Below the pieces are notes generated by a model. The model made no database searches, was not told where the DNA came from, and saw only the letters and a program-made list of their open reading frames with translations. A program made the position numbers and the translations under genes. This document shows, piece after piece, positions 58,248-64,000 of a stretch of 64,000 bases of DNA. This stretch comes from Psychroserpens sp. (lineage in GTDB: Bacteria; Bacteroidota; Bacteroidia; Flavobacteriales; Flavobacteriaceae), in the NCBI RefSeq assembly GCF_034670085.1, contig NZ_JAXMOD010000005.1, forward strand, positions 228,449-292,448. Direction: 5' to 3'. The stretch's first letter is position 1; every line of letters starts with the position of its first letter.

Positions 58248-59312
58248 CTAACTCAAAACTACATCTAGGATTTTTTTACGTTGAAGTTTTCCTGTTTCAG
58301 TTTCAATAAATTTTGGAATATTATAAATAACTTTCGGTGCTTCATGTTTCTCTAAAAGTGAAAAAACCTCTTTATCAATTTCAGTGGTTTCAGATTCCAA
58401 TACAAGAATTACTTTCTGACCTAAATCGCTATCATTTTCTGATGCCACAAAGAAACGAGGCTCTATTAAATCTTGAAGTTTTAACTCTATTAACTCCGGA
58501 AACACTTTCACACCTCCAGAATTAATCATATTGTCATATCGTCCTAAAATTTCAAATTGGCTTTCAGAAATTAAATCAATTAAATCATTTGTGATAACAG
58601 TAGTCGGACTCAATTTTGGAGCTTCAATAACTAAGCAATCATTGTCATTTTTTGAAATACGCACATTTGGAAGCACTTCAAAAGCTTTACTATTAGACGT
58701 ATTATGATTTAGTTTTTTTGCTGCAATATGACTAATGGTTTCTGTCATACCAAAGGTTTCATAAACTTGGGTTTTCAATTTTTGTATGGTCTCAATTAAT
58801 GGTTTAGAAACACTTGCTCCACCAACAATAAGTGTTTTAATATTATCAATTCTACTTATTGAGTTTTTTAGTTGCAACGGAATCATAGCACTAAAATCGT
58901 AATGTTTTTGATCGTCGTAAGCTGGATAAAGCGTTGGTGCCACCATATCTAATTCTAAACCTAAAATCATAGCACGAACTAACATCATTTTTCCAGAAAT
59001 ATAACGACTTGGTAAACAATGTAAAGCTGTATCTCCTGGATTTATTTTGAAATAATTTCCTGTCATAATTGCAGAATTGACCATGTGCTTTTTCTTCAGT
59101 TTTATCATCTTTGGTAGTCCTGTTGTACCCGAAGTACTTACCAAAACATAGTCTTTTGAATCCAACCAATCCAGAAGAAAATTGCCTGCAACTTTTTCAA
59201 ATGCCTCACCTTCTTTTACTAGGCTGTAAGCGACTTCTTGGAGCTCATCATGATTAAAAGTAATGCCATTAAACTTAAATTTTAAGTGAATTTTATCAAA
59301 TGTCGGAGTCAT
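58248..59312 (-). CDS. Short AMP-binding (ANL) enzyme, O-succinylbenzoate-CoA ligase-like
   Basis: STSGTTGLPKMI (AMP-binding P-loop), YETFGMTET and GRYDNMINSGGVKV. The 354-aa size is typical of flavobacterial MenE-like proteins. Confidence 0.65.
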   Translation of the reverse strand: MTPTFDKIHLKFKFNGITFNHDELQEVAYSLVKEGEAFEKVAGNFLLDWLDSKDYVLVSTSGTTGLPKMIKLKKKHMVNSAIMTGNYFKINPGDTALHCLPSRYISGKMMLVRAMILGLELDMVAPTLYPAYDDQKHYDFSAMIPLQLKNSISRIDNIKTLIVGGASVSKPLIETIQKLKTQVYETFGMTETISHIAAKKLNHNTSNSKAFEVLPNVRISKNDNDCLVIEAPKLSPTTVITNDLIDLISESQFEILGRYDNMINSGGVKVFPELIELKLQDLIEPRFFVASENDSDLGQKVILVLESETTEIDKEVFSLLEKHEAPKVIYNIPKFIETETGKLQRKKILDVVLS

Positions 59313-59404
59313 TTTGGTATGATATTAGCTATACGTTTATATACTATTTTTAACACAACTAAGTTAAAGATAAATAGTCTATATTTGAATTAAAACCCCT
59401 AACA

Positions 59405-61291
59405 ATGCCTAAATATTTTTTCTTTTTCTTGCTTGTACCTTGTTTATGTTGGTCACAAGATTTTTCAGATGAAGATTATATCTATCTCAAACGACACGAA
59501 CATATTAAAATAAGTCTGAATGACGACAAATTTAATATTGTTCAAAATATTTCAGAGCAAGGAAAATTCTTAAGCTCAAAAAATTTATTTTATGCCAATG
59601 TAACCATTCCATATAATAATAATTTTATGCAATTTAGGAATATTGATGCCTACACATATATTCCGGAAACAGATAAAAAAATTAAGGTTGATTATATTGA
59701 AACACAACAACAATTTGACAATATGGTGTTTTATAGTGATGATGAGTATAAAAGCTTCATATTTCCTGCTGTAAAAAAAGGTGCTGAAACACATGTAAAT
59801 TATGAGCGATTAATTGTAGAACCTCATTTTCTTGGCGATTTTCAATTTGCTAGTTATGTGCCAACGAAAAGCGCCAAACTTTCTGTAGAATTTCCCAAAA
59901 CTGTAGAATTGGGCTACACGCAATTCAATACTGAATCAATAAATGTAGAATTTATTAAAGAAGAAACAGATTCAAGCTACATCTATACTTGGAGTGCCAA
60001 TAATACTGAAGGATTTGAAGGAGAAGATGATAGCGAAGCTATTACATATTATTTGCCTCATATTATTTTTTATATAAAAAATTATCAATATAAAAATGAA
60101 AAAATTGGTGTTTCAGGAACTTTAGAAAATTTATACAAATGGTATTTTAGTTTGACAGAAAAAATTGATGAAAGTGATTTAAATAAAGTTCATCAAATTG
60201 CAGATGAAGTTACCAAAGGTTTAACCTCAAAAGCAGAAAAAGCAAAAGCTATTTTTGATTGGGTTCAAGACAATATCAATTATATTGCCTTTGGTGATGG
60301 TTATGGTGGATTTATTCCAGCTAGTGCAGCTTCAACATGTAAAACTCGTTATGGCGACTGTAAGGCCATGTCAAACTTACTCTATGAAATGCTTAATCAT
60401 GTTGACATAGAAGCTTACAGAACTTGGATTGGTTCAAGAAACAAGCCATACTCCTACTTTGAGTTGCCTTCTGTCTATGTGGATGATCATGTCATTACAA
60501 CCACAATTATTGAAAATGATACAATCTTTCTTGATGCAACTAGTAGTTATGTTCCTTTTGGAATGCCAAGTTCTTTTATACAAAACAAAGAAGCTCTTAT
60601 AGGCATTGATAAAGATAATTTTAAAATCGTTAAAGTTCCTGCACAAAAATCAAGTCAAAGTATAACCAATGTTATTTCAAATATGACTTTAGAAAATGAA
60701 ACTGTAAAAGTTTCAGAAAAACGTTCATTGAAAGGCTATGATAAAGTTGAATTCGTTTCAGATTACATCTATAAAAAAGACAGTAAAACTGAAGAAGAAT
60801 ATCTTAATACAACGCTTGCACTTGGAAATAATAAAACAAAATACACCAACATTTCTAAAATAAATTTTGATAACAAAAGTTTGCCACTAATTTTAGAATA
60901 CAATTTAGACATTGACAGCTATACAAGAAATATTGGTGATAAAATTTATATCAATTTGAATATTGATCGCTCACTATCTGGTAGTGATTTAGACATTAAA
61001 GATCGTAAGTATAGTAAAAAAATAGATTATCAATTTGAAAAACAGTTTACGACTAATTTCGAAGTTCCTGAAGGTTATAAAGCGAGTTATATTCCTGATG
61101 AATTATCTTTTGACAACCCAAATTACGGTTTTAACATTAGTTATGAATTGAAAGACAATATCATCACCCAAACCAAGTTTATTTATGTTAAAACCTTAAG
61201 TATCAAAAAAGACGATTTCATACACTGGAATAGTTTTATAAAAAGCTTACAAAAAGCCTACAAAAAAAGTATAATATTAGAACACATATAA
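59405..61291 (+). CDS. Transglutaminase-like cysteine protease-fold protein with an N-terminal DUF3857-like domain
   Basis: Signal peptide; the transglutaminase core motif RYGDCKAMSNLLYEML (catalytic Cys) with a downstream DHVIT... His. Confidence 0.75.
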   Translation: MPKYFFFFLLVPCLCWSQDFSDEDYIYLKRHEHIKISLNDDKFNIVQNISEQGKFLSSKNLFYANVTIPYNNNFMQFRNIDAYTYIPETDKKIKVDYIETQQQFDNMVFYSDDEYKSFIFPAVKKGAETHVNYERLIVEPHFLGDFQFASYVPTKSAKLSVEFPKTVELGYTQFNTESINVEFIKEETDSSYIYTWSANNTEGFEGEDDSEAITYYLPHIIFYIKNYQYKNEKIGVSGTLENLYKWYFSLTEKIDESDLNKVHQIADEVTKGLTSKAEKAKAIFDWVQDNINYIAFGDGYGGFIPASAASTCKTRYGDCKAMSNLLYEMLNHVDIEAYRTWIGSRNKPYSYFELPSVYVDDHVITTTIIENDTIFLDATSSYVPFGMPSSFIQNKEALIGIDKDNFKIVKVPAQKSSQSITNVISNMTLENETVKVSEKRSLKGYDKVEFVSDYIYKKDSKTEEEYLNTTLALGNNKTKYTNISKINFDNKSLPLILEYNLDIDSYTRNIGDKIYINLNIDRSLSGSDLDIKDRKYSKKIDYQFEKQFTTNFEVPEGYKASYIPDELSFDNPNYGFNISYELKDNIITQTKFIYVKTLSIKKDDFIHWNSFIKSLQKAYKKSIILEHI

Positions 61292-63225
61292 TGATTAAGA
61301 AAATTGCACTTATAGCCTTATTAATTACAAGTACTTCAAGTTTTGCTCAACATTACAAGACTTATGATTGGGAGAAAAAGCCAAAACTACACGAATTAAC
61401 CGATGACGAAAAAAAGGCATCGTCTGTAGCTATTTTAAAGAAGGTTATTGTTGAGTATGACGTTGAAGAAAATTCACCTGAACCTAGAGTTTATGAAACG
61501 AAACATACCATTATTCGAGTTAATGATGATTTAGGAATTGCACAGCATAATACCGTTTACATACCAATGTATGATGTAAAACAGCTTATTGATGTTAAAG
61601 CTAGAACCATTAGTCCTTCTGGAAAAGTAGTTTTACTTAATGAAGACAACATTAAGGATGTTAGTAATGTTGAAGAATATGGGGATTTTAAAATATTCGC
61701 CATTGAAGGTGCTGAATCTAATTCTGAAATAGAAGTCCTATACACTGTTGAAAGAGAATTCGAAATTTATGGTTCTGAAACTATTCAATCGAATTACAAA
61801 ATAAAAGAAGCTCAGTTCTTATTTATAACTGGCAAACTGCAATCTAATGTAAAAGCTTACAGAACACTTGAAACTTTCGAACCCCATAGAATTAATGGCG
61901 ATAAAGCTAAGCTTTTAACTATTAAAGATATTCCTGCAATGGTAGATGAAGAATATGCAACACCAAAGGCAAATAATATTGCAGTTGTATATCAGTGCTT
62001 TCTTAAAGGACAAAGTATTACTCAAAACAATTTTTGGAGAAACGTTTCAAATAATATTGGGCGACAATTTTTCCCGGAGACTGTGGTCAGTAAAGCTAAA
62101 GAAGATGTTAATACAATTGTAGCAGGAATAACTGATCTTAACAATTTTAAGAAGGCTGCTCTTGTTGATATTTTTATCAAATCTAATTACACGATTGTAA
62201 AGAATAATAATCAGGAACTTTCCGACTTAAATTATATCCTTACAAATCGCTCATCTAGTGATTACGGAATTCTAAAAGTCTATGCACAATATTTAACAGC
62301 ACTTGATGTTGAATTCGAAATTGTAATTACTTCCAATCGTTTTTTGAATAAATTTGATCCTGAATTCTTTGTGCCAGGAATGCTTAGAGATTTCTTAATC
62401 TATATTCCTTCTGAGAGAAAATATATAGCACCAGATCGCTTTGAAGCAAGAATTGGTGAAGCGCCTTTTAATATTTTAGGTAATTATGGTTTGTTTATCT
62501 CTTCAGATTTCAAGCATTACTTTTCAAAAATCATACAAGAAGATCCAGATTATAGCCGAATTAGAAGGGATATGAACATTTCATTTAAAAACAACTTTGA
62601 AAGTGTCACCATTGAACAAGATCAAGAGTATTATGGGCATTGGTCTGAAACAAGTAGAGCTGTTTTAAACCTTTCTACAGAACAAGGTATTACAGAGTAC
62701 AAAGATTATTTAACGGGTTCAGGGATAGAAGATAAAGAGATTTTGAGCTATGAGACCTTCAACACAGATATGAATCAATTAGAATATAATGTGCCTTTTA
62801 AAGTTAAAACAACGATTTCTTCTGAAGTATTATTGGAAGATGTTGGTGATAGTTACATTTTTCAAATAGGATTGGTAATTGGTACGCAAAGCGAGTTATA
62901 CCAAGAAACCGAACGTATCAATCCAATTGAAATGATTTATCCAAACCGCTATAATTATGAAATTATAGTTACTATTCCTGAAGGTCATACTGTAGAAGGT
63001 TTAGAATCTTTAATGATTGATAAGAGATATGTTGCTGTTAATGGAAAGGAAACTGCGAAATTTGAGTCCAATTATAAATTAGAAAAAAACAAAATTATAA
63101 TAACAATTGAAGAATTCTATAAAACACATGAGTTTAATCTTAACAAGTATGAAGAATTCAGACAGGTTATTAATGCCGCATCAGATTTTAATAAAGCTGC
63201 TATTTTATTTAAAGCAGTAGAATAA
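61291..63225 (+). CDS. DUF3857/DUF3858-like secreted protein (paralogous partner without a catalytic Cys motif)
   Basis: Signal peptide MIKKIALIALLITSTSSFA-Q. Size and layout are similar to the upstream gene, but no GDC motif was seen. Its start overlaps the upstream stop (TAATG). Confidence 0.6.
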   Translation: MIKKIALIALLITSTSSFAQHYKTYDWEKKPKLHELTDDEKKASSVAILKKVIVEYDVEENSPEPRVYETKHTIIRVNDDLGIAQHNTVYIPMYDVKQLIDVKARTISPSGKVVLLNEDNIKDVSNVEEYGDFKIFAIEGAESNSEIEVLYTVEREFEIYGSETIQSNYKIKEAQFLFITGKLQSNVKAYRTLETFEPHRINGDKAKLLTIKDIPAMVDEEYATPKANNIAVVYQCFLKGQSITQNNFWRNVSNNIGRQFFPETVVSKAKEDVNTIVAGITDLNNFKKAALVDIFIKSNYTIVKNNNQELSDLNYILTNRSSSDYGILKVYAQYLTALDVEFEIVITSNRFLNKFDPEFFVPGMLRDFLIYIPSERKYIAPDRFEARIGEAPFNILGNYGLFISSDFKHYFSKIIQEDPDYSRIRRDMNISFKNNFESVTIEQDQEYYGHWSETSRAVLNLSTEQGITEYKDYLTGSGIEDKEILSYETFNTDMNQLEYNVPFKVKTTISSEVLLEDVGDSYIFQIGLVIGTQSELYQETERINPIEMIYPNRYNYEIIVTIPEGHTVEGLESLMIDKRYVAVNGKETAKFESNYKLEKNKIIITIEEFYKTHEFNLNKYEEFRQVINAASDFNKAAILFKAVE

Positions 63226-63244
63226 TAACCTTTTAGTAAACCAT

Positions 63245-63275
63245 AAAAAAAGCGACTATAAAGTCGCTTTTTTTA
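63245..63275. terminator. Bidirectional intrinsic terminator
   Basis: aaaaaa + agcgact ataa agtcgct + ttttttt. Confidence 0.85.
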
Positions 63276-64000
63276 TTATACAATAATCTTATAATCATCT
63301 TTTGGTGGCTCATCTATGCGTCCAAATATTTTATCTTTCCAATTCGTCCATTTATAGACTTTGGAGAATATAAATAGTAGTATAGGATAGATGATAAAGA
63401 CTGGTACAATCATATCAATCATAGCTAGTTCAGGCTCTGACGTGTCTTTCAAAATTGAATGTGTTTGGAACACCGTCCAATCTGTTGTTACTAGTAAAGC
63501 TGTAAATAAATTGTTTGCAGCATGGAAGCCTAAAGCCAGTTCTAATCCGTCATCCATAATTGTCATTATTCCCCAAAATAATCCAGTACCTATGTAATAA
63601 ATCATGATAGTGTATCCCAATTTTCCAACTTCAGGATTTGCCATATGAAGTCCACCAAAAATAATAGACGTAATTAAAATTGGTGTCCAATTTCTTTTAC
63701 AAACATTCCTTAAGCTTTCATTAGTTTTAGAAGTAAAAAAATCAAACTTTTTTAGGGCTTGAAAAACTATTATCCCGAATATTATAGCTCCAGAACCTAG
63801 TGCCAGATTGGTTAAAAGATTAATGTCAGTAAGAATATTTGCGACTACAAACAATGGAATAAATAGCATGGAATATATAAATGCAAATGGAAAGTACTTA
63901 TCCTTTGTTGCTGTTCCAAAGCCTTGCATTAAATAGCCTCTAAAAAGGTACTCTTCTAAACTTGTTTGAAAAGGAATCAGTGCTATGGCAATTACTGCTA
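63276..64000 (-). CDS. CPBP-family intramembrane glutamic endopeptidase (CAAX protease-like); the 5' end lies beyond the window
   Basis: The reading frame stays open upstream of the listed Met and encodes ...EEYLFRGYLMQG (EExxxR motif 1). Downstream are FGGLHMANPE (motif 2, FxxxH) and ALGFHAANNL (motif 3, HxxxN). Confidence 0.8.
   Translation of the reverse strand, partial: AVIAIALIPFQTSLEEYLFRGYLMQGFGTATKDKYFPFAFIYSMLFIPLFVVANILTDINLLTNLALGSGAIIFGIIVFQALKKFDFFTSKTNESLRNVCKRNWTPILITSIIFGGLHMANPEVGKLGYTIMIYYIGTGLFWGIMTIMDDGLELALGFHAANNLFTALLVTTDWTVFQTHSILKDTSEPELAMIDMIVPVFIIYPILLFIFSKVYKWTNWKDKIFGRIDEPPKDDYKIIV

Overview
This is an AT-rich chromosomal segment that reads like a Flavobacteriia (Bacteroidota) genome. 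The signs are two proteins with T9SS C-terminal sorting domains, CarboxypepD_reg-type TonB-dependent receptors, several TAnnTTTG -7 promoter boxes and A-run/hairpin/T-run bidirectional terminators. I can support about 60 protein-coding genes. I saw no rRNA, tRNA, CRISPR array, transposase, integrase or phage genes. Most of the window is housekeeping: partial ychF, ferredoxin, LuxC-like acyl-CoA reductase, serC-serA, folE, a lolD-like ABC ATPase, a parvulin PPIase, rsmE, oligopeptidase B, ybaB, threonine aldolase, a large Zn-metalloprotease, prfB with its programmed +1 frameshift, fumC, hutI and a hutG-like gene, ettA, an acyl-CoA carboxyltransferase and a menE-like ligase. The standout is a roughly 9.3 kb minus-strand cluster of eight genes (39072-48373). 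It contains a 447-aa coiled-coil protein, a 348-aa unknown, an exported 148-aa protein, a 653-aa classical-clade AAA+ ATPase with a DD Walker B, and a NudK-like Nudix hydrolase translationally coupled to a 411-aa unknown. It ends with a 3-TM protein with an acidic tail and a 3-TM protein with a large periplasmic domain. Its larger intergenic gaps are each occupied by GC-rich palindromic elements that lack U-runs. I cannot assign a function and flag it as the candidate undescribed system. Secondary items are an adjacent SPT-like and CBS-like PLP enzyme pair (candidate capnine sulfonolipid genes), a TonB-dependent receptor with a His/Glu-rich loop preceded by a small His/Cys protein, a MarR-linked DoxX/FMN-reductase/pirin redox cluster, and a transglutaminase/DUF3857-like pair. 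All product calls rest on motif and memory-based recognition of the translated ORFs. No database search was run.
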